From Actinomycetota bacterium (lineage in GTDB: Bacteria; Actinomycetota; Actinomycetes; Streptosporangiales; Streptosporangiaceae): DNA of 64,000 nt. The notes below the pieces were generated by a model, which saw only the letters and a list, made by a program, of their open reading frames with translations, made no database searches and was not told where the DNA came from. The first letter of the stretch is position 1. Every line of letters starts with the position of its first letter. Below are positions 17,390 through 28,893 of this stretch, piece after piece. Location of the stretch: NCBI GenBank assembly GCA_003168255.1, contig PMSU01000071.1:4601-68600 (forward strand). Reading direction: 5' to 3'. The position numbers and the translations under genes are program-made.

Positions 17390-18421
17390 TCAGGAACAGC
17401 CGGAAATGTGCCCCTGATCGGTCGGCGGCAGCGAGCGGCAGTCGGGCAGGGCCGGCAGGTCTTCGCTAGCGAGCAGGCTGAAGACGAGTATCGCGTTACC
17501 CGGAGTTGCTGCCTGCCAGGCGATCACATGCTGCGCCCCGCCGACATTGTGCAGCGTCGCGCGGGTGAGCAGCCGGGAGAACGGCTCGTCCCGGGTGAGC
17601 GACATGCCGCCGCCCAGCAGGGCCTTCCTGAGGTTGGCCTGGTAGGTGCTGGCAGCGGCGGCGGACGGCCAGGAGACGCAGGCCACGGCTCGGGGGGCCG
17701 CGGTGTTGCTCGCCGGGCTGCGGATGCCGACGGCGACCTCGGCGGGCGCAGGCTGCTCGCCGCCGTTGTAGATCCCGATCGAGGCGGCCACCACGTTGCC
17801 GAGGCAGTCGGCCAGGGCGCTGATCCTCGGGTCCTGGGCCAGCGTCTGCCCGGATGGCTGGCCGATCTGGCTCAGGTCCGCTTGGCTGTCGCCGTAGCTG
17901 ACGTCTGCGCCGCTGACCATCACCTGCGCCAGGTGCAGGGTGTAGCTGGGGCCGGCCGCGGTGCTTCCCCTGACCGACCCGGCCGGCGGCGCGACGAGCT
18001 TGCCGCCGGCGGGCTTCCAGCCGAGCCTGGACAGGCCGCTCTTTATCCGCCCGGCGTCCTGGCCGCCCTCGACCAGGCCGACCTCACGCGGCGGCTGGCC
18101 GGCCGAGATCGCGTAGTCCTCGTTGAGCAAGTTGATGCCGGGACCGGCGGGAAGCAGCTCCGCCTCCGGTGCGAGGTTGAACGCGCCCATGCCCCGCAGC
18201 AGGGCGAAGCCGGTCTGGCTGGCCCAGGCGCGGCCCGCCAGCTTCACCAGCGCGGCTGTGTCGTCGTACCAGATCTGGGTGCGGGTATTGGCAGTGTCGC
18301 TGACCCGCCCCAGCGCCGCCTGGAGGCTGTTCCCGCCGCCGGATCCGCTCGAGCACGCGGTGGTCAGGGTGAGCAGGATGATCGCGCCTGCCGCTACGGA
18401 CAGCATTCGTCGAGGAGGCAC
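17390..18421 (-). CDS. lipoprotein, function unknown
   Basis: Signal peptide with lipobox LTLTTAC followed by an SSGSGGG linker. 343 aa with no family I recognise. Confidence 0.7.
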   Translation of the reverse strand: MPPRRMLSVAAGAIILLTLTTACSSGSGGGNSLQAALGRVSDTANTRTQIWYDDTAALVKLAGRAWASQTGFALLRGMGAFNLAPEAELLPAGPGINLLNEDYAISAGQPPREVGLVEGGQDAGRIKSGLSRLGWKPAGGKLVAPPAGSVRGSTAAGPSYTLHLAQVMVSGADVSYGDSQADLSQIGQPSGQTLAQDPRISALADCLGNVVAASIGIYNGGEQPAPAEVAVGIRSPASNTAAPRAVACVSWPSAAAASTYQANLRKALLGGGMSLTRDEPFSRLLTRATLHNVGGAQHVIAWQAATPGNAILVFSLLASEDLPALPDCRSLPPTDQGHISGCS

Positions 18422-18554
18422 AGCGCGACTGTACCCAACCGTCGCGGGGGCAGTCGCCGCTGTCTCAGAGCCCGCACAGAAGGAAAGTCCAGCCGGCTGA
18501 GAGGCTAGGCAGCCACGATCGAGTCTCGCCTGCTAGAGCGTTGGGGGAGTTCCT

Positions 18555-19271
18555 GTGCCTGAGGGAAAGCGTCACTGGCTGCGCTGGCTGATCGGCGCCA
18601 TCGTCGTGCTGGTCGTGGCGGGCGTGGCCGGGCCGTTCATCTATATCCATTTCGTGGAAGGCAGTGCGCCTGCCCCGTTCCGGCTGCACCCGGCGGCCGG
18701 CGCGAGCAAGGGCTCGGGCACGCCTTCGACGTCATCCGATAGCGGATCCGTGGCCGGCACCTGGGCCATCGCGTCCGGTTCCCAGGCGGGTTACCGGGTG
18801 CAGGAGGTGCTGTTTGGCCAGCAGCACACCGCCGTCGGCCGCAGCAGCGACGTCACCGGGCACCTGACCATCGCCGGCACGTCCGTGACGGCCGCCACCT
18901 TCACCGTGCAGATGGACACGATAAAGAGCGACTCCAGCGAGCGGGACGCTCAGTTCAACGGGCGCATCATGGACACCGCCACATATCCGACCGGCACCTT
19001 CACGCTGACCAGCCCGATCAGCCTGGCGTCGCTGCCGGCCACCGGGGTGGTCCGGAGTTACACCGCGCACGGCACCCTTGCGCTGCACGGCAATTCCCGG
19101 CCGGTGAAGTTCACGCTGTCGGCCGAGCGCACCGCCAGCGGGATCGAGGTCTCCGGGTCGATCCCGGTCGCGTTCGCGACCTGGGACATCCCTAATCCCA
19201 GTTTCGCGAGCGTGGTCACCACCCAGAACCACGGCCTGCTGGAGTTCCTGCTCACGCTGCGCAAATCCTGA
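18555..19271 (+). CDS. YceI-family protein with an N-terminal membrane anchor
   Basis: TM helix (WLIGAIVVLVVAGVAG), then a YceI-like lipocalin pattern (GTWAIASGSQAGYRVQE.., VTGHLTI.., DSSERDAQFNGRIMDTATYPTGTF.., HGTLALHGNSRPV). Confidence 0.8.
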   Translation: MPEGKRHWLRWLIGAIVVLVVAGVAGPFIYIHFVEGSAPAPFRLHPAAGASKGSGTPSTSSDSGSVAGTWAIASGSQAGYRVQEVLFGQQHTAVGRSSDVTGHLTIAGTSVTAATFTVQMDTIKSDSSERDAQFNGRIMDTATYPTGTFTLTSPISLASLPATGVVRSYTAHGTLALHGNSRPVKFTLSAERTASGIEVSGSIPVAFATWDIPNPSFASVVTTQNHGLLEFLLTLRKS

Positions 19272-19345
19272 CACCAGCGGCGGCGGTGCGGGCGCCGCGC
19301 GCGATCGTGTTGCGGCCGGGGATTGATTTACGTCATACTGATGTT

Positions 19346-20161
19346 GTGAAAAACGTGCGGGTGTCTGCTGCGGCGGTACCCGGCGCGGCATTGCCGGACG
19401 CCGGGAGTTCCGGCGCGCCCGAGCAGGGCTGGTCCGAACGCGGTACCCGGGCCAGGGTCGCCCGGCTGATCATGGAGCATGGCCCGTCCAGCGCGGCCTC
19501 GCTCGGTACCAGGCTCGGACTTACCCCGGCGGCGATCCGGCGTCACCTAGACAATCTTCTTGCCGATGGCATGATCGAGACGCGGATGGCCCGGGCGCAG
19601 CGCAGCCGGGGGCGCGGCAGGCCGGCCAGGCTGTTCGCGATCACCGACGCGGGGCGGAGCGCGTTCGAGCACGCCTATGACGGCCTGGCGACCAGCGCGC
19701 TGCGCTTCCTCGCCGAGACCAGCGGCCCGGCCGCGGTGACGGAATTCGCCCGCCGCCAGCTCGCCGACTTGGAGGAAAGGTACGCACCCGTGGTCGCTAG
19801 CGTGCCACAGGAGCGGCGGCTGCTGGCGCTGGCCGAGGCGCTGACAGCCGACGGGTACGCGGCATCGGCAACCGGCGCACCCGCTGGGGGCACCGGCGAG
19901 CAACTCTGCCAGCATCACTGCCCGGTCGCCCACGTGGCAGCGGAGTTCCCCGAGCTGTGCGAGGCGGAGACGGAGGCGTTCGGCAGGCTGCTCGGCACAC
20001 CCGTGCAGCGGCTTGCCACGATCGCCCGAGGCGACGGCGTCTGTACCACGCACGTGACTGACCGTTCGCTCGCCACAGGACGGGACGCCAGCCCAGCCGC
20101 AAGGCACGGGCCGGCCGCGAGGCGCAAGGGGCCGAGAGGCTCAGAATCGATGACGACATGA
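19346..20161 (+). CDS. sufR: SufR-type (ArsR-like, Fe-S sensing) regulator of the suf operon
   Basis: wHTH ([44 protein letters not shown]) and C-terminal cysteines ([23 protein letters not shown]). The position directly upstream of sufB supports the call. The start is uncertain: GTG 19346, 19355 or 19361. Confidence 0.8.
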   Translation: MKNVRVSAAAVPGAALPDAGSSGAPEQGWSERGTRARVARLIMEHGPSSAASLGTRLGLTPAAIRRHLDNLLADGMIETRMARAQRSRGRGRPARLFAITDAGRSAFEHAYDGLATSALRFLAETSGPAAVTEFARRQLADLEERYAPVVASVPQERRLLALAEALTADGYAASATGAPAGGTGEQLCQHHCPVAHVAAEFPELCEAETEAFGRLLGTPVQRLATIARGDGVCTTHVTDRSLATGRDASPAARHGPAARRKGPRGSESMTT

Positions 20162-20186
20162 ATACAGAGTCCGGAGGGCTCCTGAC

Positions 20187-21599
20187 ATGACAACTACCGC
20201 ACCAGCAGAGCTTGAGGGCCTGGGCAGCTACAAATTTGGCTGGTCGGACTCCGACCTGGCTGGCTCTACGGCGCGCCGCGGTCTGTCCGAGGACGTTGTC
20301 CGCAACATCTCGGCGTTGAAGAACGAGCCTGAATGGATGCTGGACCTGCGGCTGCGCGGGCTGCGGATGTATGGCCGCAAGCCGATGCCGACCTGGGGTG
20401 CCGACCTTTCCGGTATCGACTTCGACAACATCAAGTACTTCGTCAGGTCGACCGAGAAGCAGGCGACGAGCTGGGAAGAGCTGCCTGCCGACATCAAGAA
20501 CACCTACGACAGGCTCGGCATACCCGAAGCGGAGAAGCAGCGGCTCATCGCCGGCGTGGCCGCTCAGTATGAGTCCGAGGTCGTCTACCACAAGATTCGC
20601 GAGGATCTTGAGGAGAAGGGCGTCCTTTTCCTCGACACGGACACGGCGCTCAGGGAGCAGCCGGAGCTGTTCAGGGAGTACTTCGCCACGATCATCCCGC
20701 CGGGCGACAACAAGTTCGCCGCGCTCAACACGGCGGTCTGGTCCGGCGGCAGCTTCATCTACGTGCCCCCGGGCGTGAACGTGGAGATCCCGCTTCAGGC
20801 TTACTTCCGGATCAATACCGAGAACATGGGCCAGTTCGAGCGGACCCTGATCATCGTGGACGAGGGTGCCTACGTCCATTACGTCGAGGGCTGCACCGCG
20901 CCGATCTACAAGTCCGACTCGCTGCACTCGGCGGTCGTCGAGATCATCGTTAAGAAGGACGCGCGCTGCCGGTACACCACGATCCAGAACTGGTCGAACA
21001 ACGTCTACAACCTGGTCACCAAGCGGGCAGTCGCCCAGGCCGGCGCGACGATGGAATGGATCGACGGGAACATCGGCTCCAAGGTCACCATGAAGTACCC
21101 GGCGGTCTACCTGATGGGCGAGCACGCCAAGGGCGAGACGCTGTCGGTGGCATTCGCCGGCAGCGGCCAGCATCAGGACGCCGGGGCGAAGATGGTGCAC
21201 TGTGCGCCCAACACTTCGTCCACTATCGTGTCCAAGTCGGTGGCCAGGGCAGGCGGCCGGACCTCCTACCGCGGCCTGGTCAACGTGCAGGAGGGCGCGG
21301 AGCACTCCAAGTCCACCGTGAAGTGCGACGCGCTGCTGATCGACAGCATCAGCCGCTCGGACACCTACCCGTACGTGGATGTCCGCGAGGATGACGTGGA
21401 GATGGGCCACGAGGCCTCGGTTTCCAAGATCTCCGAGGACCAGCTCTTCTACCTGATGAGCCGGGGGATGAACGAGGACGAGGCGGCGGCCACGATCGTG
21501 CGCGGCTTCGTCGAGCCGATCGCCCGCGAGCTGCCGATGGAATACGCGCTCGAGCTGAACCGGCTGATCGAGCTTCAGATGGAGGGGGCAGTCGGCTGA
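20187..21599 (+). CDS. sufB: Fe-S cluster assembly scaffold SufB
   Basis: 470 aa with typical SufB sequence throughout (..[16 protein letters not shown].., ..[15 protein letters not shown]..). Confidence 0.95.
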   Translation: MTTTAPAELEGLGSYKFGWSDSDLAGSTARRGLSEDVVRNISALKNEPEWMLDLRLRGLRMYGRKPMPTWGADLSGIDFDNIKYFVRSTEKQATSWEELPADIKNTYDRLGIPEAEKQRLIAGVAAQYESEVVYHKIREDLEEKGVLFLDTDTALREQPELFREYFATIIPPGDNKFAALNTAVWSGGSFIYVPPGVNVEIPLQAYFRINTENMGQFERTLIIVDEGAYVHYVEGCTAPIYKSDSLHSAVVEIIVKKDARCRYTTIQNWSNNVYNLVTKRAVAQAGATMEWIDGNIGSKVTMKYPAVYLMGEHAKGETLSVAFAGSGQHQDAGAKMVHCAPNTSSTIVSKSVARAGGRTSYRGLVNVQEGAEHSKSTVKCDALLIDSISRSDTYPYVDVREDDVEMGHEASVSKISEDQLFYLMSRGMNEDEAAATIVRGFVEPIARELPMEYALELNRLIELQMEGAVG

Positions 21600-22738
21600 T
21601 GGCCCGGATCGGCAGGGCGCCGGAGAACCCGGCGCCCATCTCAAGGCTGCACGAGATGCAGTCGTTCGACCCCGCTGACTTTGGCGTCCCAACCGGGCGC
21701 GAGGAGGAATGGCGGTTCACCCCGATGCGCCGCCTGCGGGATCTACAGGGCGACGCGCCGCTTGCCGGCGGCAAGGTAACCGTGGAAACCGATCCTGCCC
21801 CGGGCGTCACGGCGGAGAAGGCCGAACGGGGGGACCCCAGGCTGGGCCGCTCGTTCATGCCGGCCGACCGGGTGAGCGCCCGCGCGTTCGCCTCGTTCGG
21901 CGAGGCAACCGTGATCACGGTGCCGGCCGAGCTGGTGGCGAAAAGGCCCACCGTGGTCACCGTCCGCGGGCATGACGGGGAGGGCGCGGCATTCGGCCAC
22001 CTGCTCGTCGAGGTGAAGCCGATGGCCCGGGCAACGGTCATCCTCGATCACGCAGGCAGCGCGACCTACGCGGACAACGTGGAATTCGTTGTCGGCGACG
22101 GCGCGTCGCTGTCGGTGGTGACCATGCAGGACTGGGCCGACGACGCGGTGCACGCCTCGCACCATCACATGCGGGTCGGCCGGGACGCGACGATGAGGCA
22201 TGCCGCGGTGTCGCTCGGCGGTAGCGTGGTCCGGCTCGCCCCCACCGTTCGGTATGCCGGGCCTGGCGGGGATGCCGAGCTGCTCGGCATGTATTTCGCA
22301 GACAGCAACCAGCATCTGGAGCACCGTCTTTACGTCGACCACGCCATGCCTAACTGCCGCAGCCGCGTCGACTACCGGGGCGCGCTACAGGGCAAGGACG
22401 CGCACGCGGTGTGGATCGGCGACGTGGTCATCCGGCCGGAGGCGATCGGCACCGACACCTACGAGCGCAACAGGAACCTGGTGCTGACCGAGGGGACCCG
22501 GGTCGATTCGGTGCCCAACCTGGAGATCCTCACCGGCGAGGTGGTCGGTGCCGGGCACGCGAGCGCCAGCGGGCGGCTGGAGGACCAGCACCTGTTCTAC
22601 CTGATGGCCAGGGGAATCCCCGAGTCGGAGGCCCGACGCCTGGTGATCCGCGGGTTCTTCGGCGCGCTGATCGACCGGATCGGGATACCCCAGGTGGCGG
22701 ACCGCATCGCGGCCGGGATAGAGCTGGAGCTGGCATGA
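21599..22738 (+). CDS. sufD: Fe-S cluster assembly protein SufD
   Basis: ATG overlaps the sufB stop (TGATG). EEWRFTP motif and a SufB/D beta-helix C-terminal domain. Confidence 0.9.
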   Translation: MARIGRAPENPAPISRLHEMQSFDPADFGVPTGREEEWRFTPMRRLRDLQGDAPLAGGKVTVETDPAPGVTAEKAERGDPRLGRSFMPADRVSARAFASFGEATVITVPAELVAKRPTVVTVRGHDGEGAAFGHLLVEVKPMARATVILDHAGSATYADNVEFVVGDGASLSVVTMQDWADDAVHASHHHMRVGRDATMRHAAVSLGGSVVRLAPTVRYAGPGGDAELLGMYFADSNQHLEHRLYVDHAMPNCRSRVDYRGALQGKDAHAVWIGDVVIRPEAIGTDTYERNRNLVLTEGTRVDSVPNLEILTGEVVGAGHASASGRLEDQHLFYLMARGIPESEARRLVIRGFFGALIDRIGIPQVADRIAAGIELELA

Positions 22739-23088
22739 CCGAGGCGCAGTACCGGCAGGGATCGACAGGGAGCGAGGACGGCTACACGCGCGCCTGCGCA
22801 CTTTCCGACCTGCCGCCCGGCGAAGGGGCGATCGGGGTCGAGGTCGAGGGCGAGCCCGTTGCCATCATCAGGGCCGGCGGCGAGCTGTACGCACTGCGCG
22901 ACGCCTGCTCGCACGCCGAGGTGGCCCTGTCCGAGGGCGAGATCTACGACCACACGGTGGAGTGCTGGCTGCACGGGTCCTGTTTCGACCTGCGCACCGG
23001 GAATCCTACCGGACCGCCGGCTACCGAGCCGGTCGCGACTTATCGCGTGAAGATCGAGGGCGACGGCGTATTCGTCTCGCTCGGCTGA
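22735..23088 (+). CDS. Rieske [2Fe-2S] ferredoxin-like subunit of the actinobacterial suf operon
   Basis: ATG 22735 overlaps the sufD stop (ATGA). Rieske ligand motifs CSH (..DACSHAEV..) and CWLHG. 117 aa. Confidence 0.9.
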   Translation: MTEAQYRQGSTGSEDGYTRACALSDLPPGEGAIGVEVEGEPVAIIRAGGELYALRDACSHAEVALSEGEIYDHTVECWLHGSCFDLRTGNPTGPPATEPVATYRVKIEGDGVFVSLG

Positions 23089-23123
23089 CATAACGAACGC
23101 TGAAATAACAACCAGGAGAGGCA

Positions 23124-23887
<764 letters not shown>

Positions 23888-23891
<4 letters not shown>

Positions 23892-25147
23892 CCTTCGACG
23901 TCGCCCGGATCCGCAAGGATTTCCCCATCCTTGACCGGCAGATCCGCGGCGGGCAGCCACTCATCTACCTGGACAGCGCGAACACCTCGCAGAAGCCGCG
24001 CCAGGTGCTTGACGCGATGACCGAGTTCTACGAGCGGCACAACGCGAACATTCACCGGGCCAGCCACCAGCTCGGCGAGGAGGCCACCGAGGCCTACGAG
24101 GGCGCGCGGATCAAGGTCGGCGAGTTCATCGGGGCCCGGGACGAGACCGAGGTCGTGTTCACCAAGAACATCTCCGAAGCGATCAACCTGGTTGCCTATT
24201 CGATGAGCAACGCGACCGCCGCCGGGCCTGGCCGGTTCGCGCTCGGCCCTGGCGATGAAATCGTCATCACCGAGATGGAGCACCACTCCAACATCGTCCC
24301 GTGGCAGCTGCTCTGCCAGCGCACCGGCGCGACGCTGCGCTGGTTCGGCGTGACCCCCGACGGCACGCTGGACACCTCGAACATCGGCGACCTGATCACC
24401 GAGCGCACCAAGCTCGTTGCCCTGGTCCACCAGTCCAACGTCCTGGGCACGATCAACCCGGTGCGGATGATCGCCGACGCGGCACACGCGGTCGGCGCCC
24501 TGGTGCTGGTGGATGCCGCGCAGTCGGTCCCGCACATGGCGGTAGACGTGGCCTCGCTCGGCGCCGACTTCCTCGGCTTCACCGGTCACAAGCTGTGCGG
24601 CCCGACCGGCATCGGCGTGCTCTGGGCCCGCCGGGAGCTGCTCGATGAGATGCCGCCGTTCCTCGGCGGCGGCGAGATGATCGAGAGCGTCTGGATGGAC
24701 CGGTCCACCTTCGCGCCGCCGCCGCACAAGTTCGAGGCGGGCACGATGCCGATAGCCCAGGCGGTTGGCCTCGGCGCGGCCATCGACTATCTCACCGAGG
24801 TCGGTCTCGACGCGATCAGGGCGCACGAGCTACAGCTGATCGAGCATGCCCTGGGTGCGCTGGCCGCGGTTGACGGGCTGCGAATCATGGGGCCTGGGTC
24901 GCCGGTGGACCGGGGCAGCGCCATCTCGTTCACCGTCGAGGGCGTGCATCCGCACGACATCAGCCAGGTGCTCGATGACCTGGGTATCGCGGTGCGGGCC
25001 GGTCATCACTGTGCCTGGCCGCTGCACCGTGCGTTCGGTGTGCAGGCCAGCACACGTGCGTCGTTCTATCTGTACAACACTCACGAGGAGGCGGACGCGC
25101 TCACCGAGGGGATCCGTCAGGCGCAGCGGTTCTTCGCCCTCGCGTGA
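23888..25147 (+). CDS. sufS: cysteine desulfurase SufS (class II PLP enzyme)
   Basis: Overlaps the sufC stop. HHSN, PLP-lysine FTGHKLCGPTGIG, active-site RAGHHCA. Confidence 0.95.
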
Positions 25148-25201
25148 GCTTGGCGGGTCGGGGAAGATACAGCGGCAGCCCGTTTGTTGCAAGGGAATGT
25201 G

Positions 25202-25657
25202 ATGGAGTACGAGTCGTTGTACCAGGACATCATCCTGGATCACTACCGCAACCCGCACCATCGGGGCCTGCGGGAGCCTTACGACGCCGAGGTGCACCAC
25301 GTCAATCCGCTCTGCGGCGATGAGGTGACCGTGCGGGTCAGCCTGAAGGAGGTCGGCGGTGAGCCGGCCGTGGCCGACGTGTCCTATGACGCGCTGGGCT
25401 GCTCCATCAGCCAGGCCAGCGCCTCGGTCATGACCGATCTGGTCATCGGCAAGAGCGTCGACGACGCGATGGCTGTCTGCGAGGAGTTCCTCGGGCTGAT
25501 GCGATCCAAGGGCGCCGGGGAGCCGGATGAGGACATGCTCGAGGACGCGGTGGCGTTTTCCGGGGTGTCGAAGTACCCGGCAAGGATCAAATGCGCGCTG
25601 CTCGGCTGGATGGCCTGGAAAGACGCCACCGCCCGGGCCCTTGAGGAGGCATCATGA
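25202..25657 (+). CDS. sufU: SufU/IscU-like sulfur-transfer protein
   Basis: ATG 25202 lies 5 nt after AAGGGA. Starts MEYESLYQDIILDHYRNPHH and carries NPLCGD, GCSIS and KYPARIKCALL. Confidence 0.9.
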   Translation: MEYESLYQDIILDHYRNPHHRGLREPYDAEVHHVNPLCGDEVTVRVSLKEVGGEPAVADVSYDALGCSISQASASVMTDLVIGKSVDDAMAVCEEFLGLMRSKGAGEPDEDMLEDAVAFSGVSKYPARIKCALLGWMAWKDATARALEEAS

Positions 25658-26100
25658 CCGAGTCGGCCACTACGCAGGCCGCGACAACGCAGACGAACGG
25701 GACCGTGGCGGCAGAGCCCGTGGCGGCCGCGCCGGCGGCGGCAGAGCCGGCGGCGGCAGAGCCCGCGGCGACCGGGCTTACCCTGCCGTTTAGCCAGGAG
25801 AATGAGGACGTTCTCGAGGCACTGCGCGACGTGGTGGATCCCGAGCTGGGCATCAACGTGGTCGATCTCGGGCTGGTGTACGGGGTAACGGTCGGCGAGG
25901 ACCGGCTGGCCACGATCGACATGACGCTCACCAGTGCGGCCTGCCCGCTTACTGACGTGATCGAGGACCAGGTGCGATCCGTGCTCGATGGCCTGGTGGC
26001 GGACTTCCGTATCAACTGGGTGTGGCTGCCGCCGTGGGGACCCGACAAGATCACCGATGACGGCCGTGAGCAGCTCGGCGCGCTCGGATTCAACGTCTGA
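25654..26100 (+). CDS. sufT: DUF59/SufT-type Fe-S assembly factor with a low-complexity AAEP N-terminal extension
   Basis: Overlaps the sufU stop. DVVDPELGINVVDLGLVY and TLTSAACPL motifs. Confidence 0.85.
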   Translation: MTESATTQAATTQTNGTVAAEPVAAAPAAAEPAAAEPAATGLTLPFSQENEDVLEALRDVVDPELGINVVDLGLVYGVTVGEDRLATIDMTLTSAACPLTDVIEDQVRSVLDGLVADFRINWVWLPPWGPDKITDDGREQLGALGFNV

Positions 26101-26131
26101 TTCCTGCTCTTCTGACAGCTCGGGAACACGC

Positions 26132-26902
26132 ATGGGATCGTTCGATGGCACGGCGAGGCGCCTGGCCATCGGGCCGACGCTGCTGTTCCCCGCCGATCCG
26201 GTCGACGCTATGGCCGACGCGGTGCTGCGTTACGACCCTGCGGTGCACGTGCGGAGCGACAGGTTCGTGTTCGGCAACGGCGTGCTGCTGCACGGCCCGA
26301 TCGAGGTCACCGCGGATCTGGCCAGGAGAGCCGGGCTGCCCAGCGGCATGGCGGCCGCGTACTACGGGGGAAGCGGCGTGCAGGGCAGGGAGCGGCGGCC
26401 GGACGACGCCAAGTTGCAGGACGCCGAAAGGCTCGTGCGCGGCCTCTGGGCGCGACTGGGCGGAATGATCCACGGTGAGCGGCCGCCGGCGGATCTCACG
26501 CTGCGCGCCTCCGTGTACAGCGCGCGGGAATTGCCGGTCGAGGAGGTGATCGGCGTGCTACAGCCTTTCGCCGACGGCAAGCTCAGCATCGACGATGACA
26601 CCGAGGTGGCGGATGCATACTTCCTGATCACCGAGGAAGATTCGCTGTTCTTCACCATGTACTGGCCGCCGCGGCTGGCCCGCTCGAAGTTGCAGCCGCC
26701 GCCGCCCGCGACCGGCGAGCTGCACGATAAGAACCCCTGCCGCTGGGATCTGCGGACCAAGCTCCCGGCGCAGAGCGCGGGCAGCCAGACCTGCCTGCGG
26801 GTCGGCGAGGCAGCGCTCGTGCTGGCCCGGGCCGCGGGCGGCGTTGTCATCGACGTGTACGGCTTCCCGGTCAGCCGGCCGGAGGATCTGCTGCCCCGCT
26901 GA
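26132..26902 (+). CDS. hypothetical protein (256 aa) trailing the suf operon
   Basis: ATG 26132; the first 48 codons of the track ORF are sufT read-through. Balanced composition with no motif I recognise. Confidence 0.55.
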   Translation: MGSFDGTARRLAIGPTLLFPADPVDAMADAVLRYDPAVHVRSDRFVFGNGVLLHGPIEVTADLARRAGLPSGMAAAYYGGSGVQGRERRPDDAKLQDAERLVRGLWARLGGMIHGERPPADLTLRASVYSARELPVEEVIGVLQPFADGKLSIDDDTEVADAYFLITEEDSLFFTMYWPPRLARSKLQPPPPATGELHDKNPCRWDLRTKLPAQSAGSQTCLRVGEAALVLARAAGGVVIDVYGFPVSRPEDLLPR

Positions 26903-26974
26903 CCGCCGGTGGGCCAAGACGCGGTGCCGGCACCGGCCCGTCCCGGTATGGGCTCGATCCCGCGGCTGCGGCAG

Positions 26975-27766
26975 TCACAGGCGTCCGGGAATCGCCGGCT
27001 GGGCGCGCAGGTAGAAGGGGGCAGCACTTGCGGCTACCGATTCGGCCACCGGATTCGGCTCTGCCCCGCCAGGGAAGGTGACATCGATCGGGAAGCCAGC
27101 GTCCTCGGTGACCATGGCCGCGGCCCGCTCGACCGCATATGTCGCCGCGTCCTGCGCGGCCTGATCGGCCGGGTTGTCGAGGCCAATCGAGATGATCAGG
27201 CCCTCGCCCCGGCCCGCCACAGACAGCCACGCCGTCCGCGCCTCACGGACCGCGGGTACCGTGCGCAGTTGCGCGCTGGCTTCTCTGATCAGGCGGGTCG
27301 GCTCCTGCGGCGGATGGCCGACGCGGATCCTGACGCCGCCGGCCAGCCCCTGGATGGCGGCGAGATAGGTCACCCCAGCCGGATAGACGGGCACGCTGGC
27401 CTCAGCACCCGGATTGAGCGCGATGCCGAGGTCCGGGGGCAGCGACCTGGCAAGTTCGGCGGCCGGGACGACGACATGGGGAACGACCGGAGGAGGCACT
27501 CCCGGGTCCGGGTCGGGCTCCGCCATGAAATTGATGAGCTCTTGCGCGGAGGTGAAGGCGGGGACGAACTCGCTCCCCAGGTAGGTGACGGTCGGCAGGG
27601 TCAGCGAGGAGCCGTCCGTGACCGGCGTCCCGTCATCGGGCAGCGGAACCCACAGCCTGCCACCGCTCAGCACGTCGAGCAGATCCGGAATCCGGTCCAT
27701 GTTCTTGATCGCAGCCTCGAGGGCTCTAGCGACGGCGGCATCGCTGGCAGAGATCACGTCCGTCAT
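26975..27766 (-). CDS. SseB-family-like protein
   Basis: ATG 27766 (MTDVISASDAAVARALEAA..). The pattern ..RLWVPLP..LPTVTYLGSEFVPAFTSAQEL..VVPAAELARSLPPDLGIALNPGAEASVPVYP.. resembles actinobacterial SseB N- and C-terminal domains as I remember them. Confidence 0.5.
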   Translation of the reverse strand: MTDVISASDAAVARALEAAIKNMDRIPDLLDVLSGGRLWVPLPDDGTPVTDGSSLTLPTVTYLGSEFVPAFTSAQELINFMAEPDPDPGVPPPVVPHVVVPAAELARSLPPDLGIALNPGAEASVPVYPAGVTYLAAIQGLAGGVRIRVGHPPQEPTRLIREASAQLRTVPAVREARTAWLSVAGRGEGLIISIGLDNPADQAAQDAATYAVERAAAMVTEDAGFPIDVTFPGGAEPNPVAESVAASAAPFYLRAQPAIPGRL

Positions 27767-27995
27767 GGCAGTGTTGTCCTGCACGCCGCCGCGGGCACGC
27801 GGGACGTGCTGCTCGGCGTTTAGCCGAAGGCCGGCCGTCGGGCCGGAGCTTGTCGGCATCGTCATTGGCATGTTCCTTGCCCTGTCGTGGTCGCATGCCG
27901 CGGGCGCGGCAGACGAACCCCCCGTCCGGCCGCGCGGGCGGGCACGCGCCGGGTAGTTTCAGTCTCGGATAGTAAACGCTCGGAGGCGGTGCGTA

Positions 27996-28712
27996 GTGAA
28001 GAATCCGGCACGAGGTGGCGGACGGTGGATAGAAGTCACACCTCAGCGGCTCGCAGCCTGGGTCGATTCCTTCGCAGATCGTCACCCGGGCGTGTCGGCC
28101 GCTACGCAGCGTGATGGAGTAACGTTCGCGGCCGACGACGGGGCGATGGCTGAGTGTCATGTCCCGTTTCCGCCCCTGGCCGGCGGTGCGCCCAGCAAAC
28201 CTGGCGCGCCTGGCGCGCCTGGTGAGCCTGGCGCGCAGGGGAGTATTGCGGACTCCGCCGAGCTGATCGTGAGGCACGCGGACACCGCCCGAACGGTGGG
28301 CGTCCTGCTCGTGCGCCTTGGCGGCTACGCAGCGGGGGTGTTCACGGACTCGCCGCCGCGGCTTGCCGCGTCAAAAGTGGGCTCGCGGCTGGTACACGGC
28401 CGTAGCGCGGCGGGCGGCACATCCCAGCAGCGGTTTGCCCGCCGCAGGGAGAAGCAGGCGGCCGGGGCGATTTCCGCGGCTGGCGACACCGCATTCGCGG
28501 TGTTCGGGCAGTTCAGTGGCAGGCTTGACGCCGTTGTGCTGGGCGGTGACCGAAAGGCGATCGCGGCGCTACGCGATGACCCGCGGCTTGAACCGTACTT
28601 CGCGCTGGCCACCGACCGCTTCCTCACCGTCCCCGATCCCCGGCTGGCCGTGCTGCGCGACACCCCTCGCATGTTCCGCGCGATCCGGATCCGCCTTACC
28701 GAGCCGACCTGA
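27996..28712 (+). CDS. eRF1-like peptidyl-tRNA hydrolase of the actinobacterial VLRF1 (acVLRF1, Vms1/ANKZF1-related) type
   Basis: GTG start. The segment LVHGRSAAGGTSQQRFARRREKQ parallels the eRF1 catalytic loop GGQSALRFARLR. An RNaseH-like eRF1 domain-3 pattern lies downstream (LDAVVLGGDRKAI). Contains a collagen-like insert PGAPGAPGEPGAQG. Confidence 0.65.
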   Translation: MKNPARGGGRWIEVTPQRLAAWVDSFADRHPGVSAATQRDGVTFAADDGAMAECHVPFPPLAGGAPSKPGAPGAPGEPGAQGSIADSAELIVRHADTARTVGVLLVRLGGYAAGVFTDSPPRLAASKVGSRLVHGRSAAGGTSQQRFARRREKQAAGAISAAGDTAFAVFGQFSGRLDAVVLGGDRKAIAALRDDPRLEPYFALATDRFLTVPDPRLAVLRDTPRMFRAIRIRLTEPT

Positions 28713-28842
28713 ACGTGGCGCTGCCCGGCCAGGGATAGCCGGTTGAGCGCTGCCCTGGATGGGCGGGCGCCCAACCCGCAACCAGTGCGCCCAAGACCCA
28801 TGGCGCATCGAGGGACCGGGAAATAAGGACGGAGACCAGGAA

Positions 28843-28887
28843 ATGCCGTCCGGTATACTTGGCGTCATGTTGTCACTCGCGGTGTGA
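28843..28887 (+). CDS. candidate 14-codon leader peptide (MPSGILGVMLSLAV) upstream of the ABC-F gene
   Basis: ATG lies 8 nt after GGAG (28831-28834). Codons ATA, CTT, TTG and TCA are atypical for this genome. The stop lies 7 nt before a terminator-like hairpin. Confidence 0.3.
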   Translation: MPSGILGVMLSLAV

Positions 28888-28893
28888 CGGATC

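Noticed and set aside
19323-19361. SufR operator / promoter in the AT-rich patch TTGATTTACGTCATACTGATGTTGTGAAAAAC
   Set aside because: There is only an imperfect palindrome (ACGTCATACTGATGT, 10 of 15 symmetric). Spacing to any -10/-35 pair is unconvincing. This is too weak to call without comparative data.
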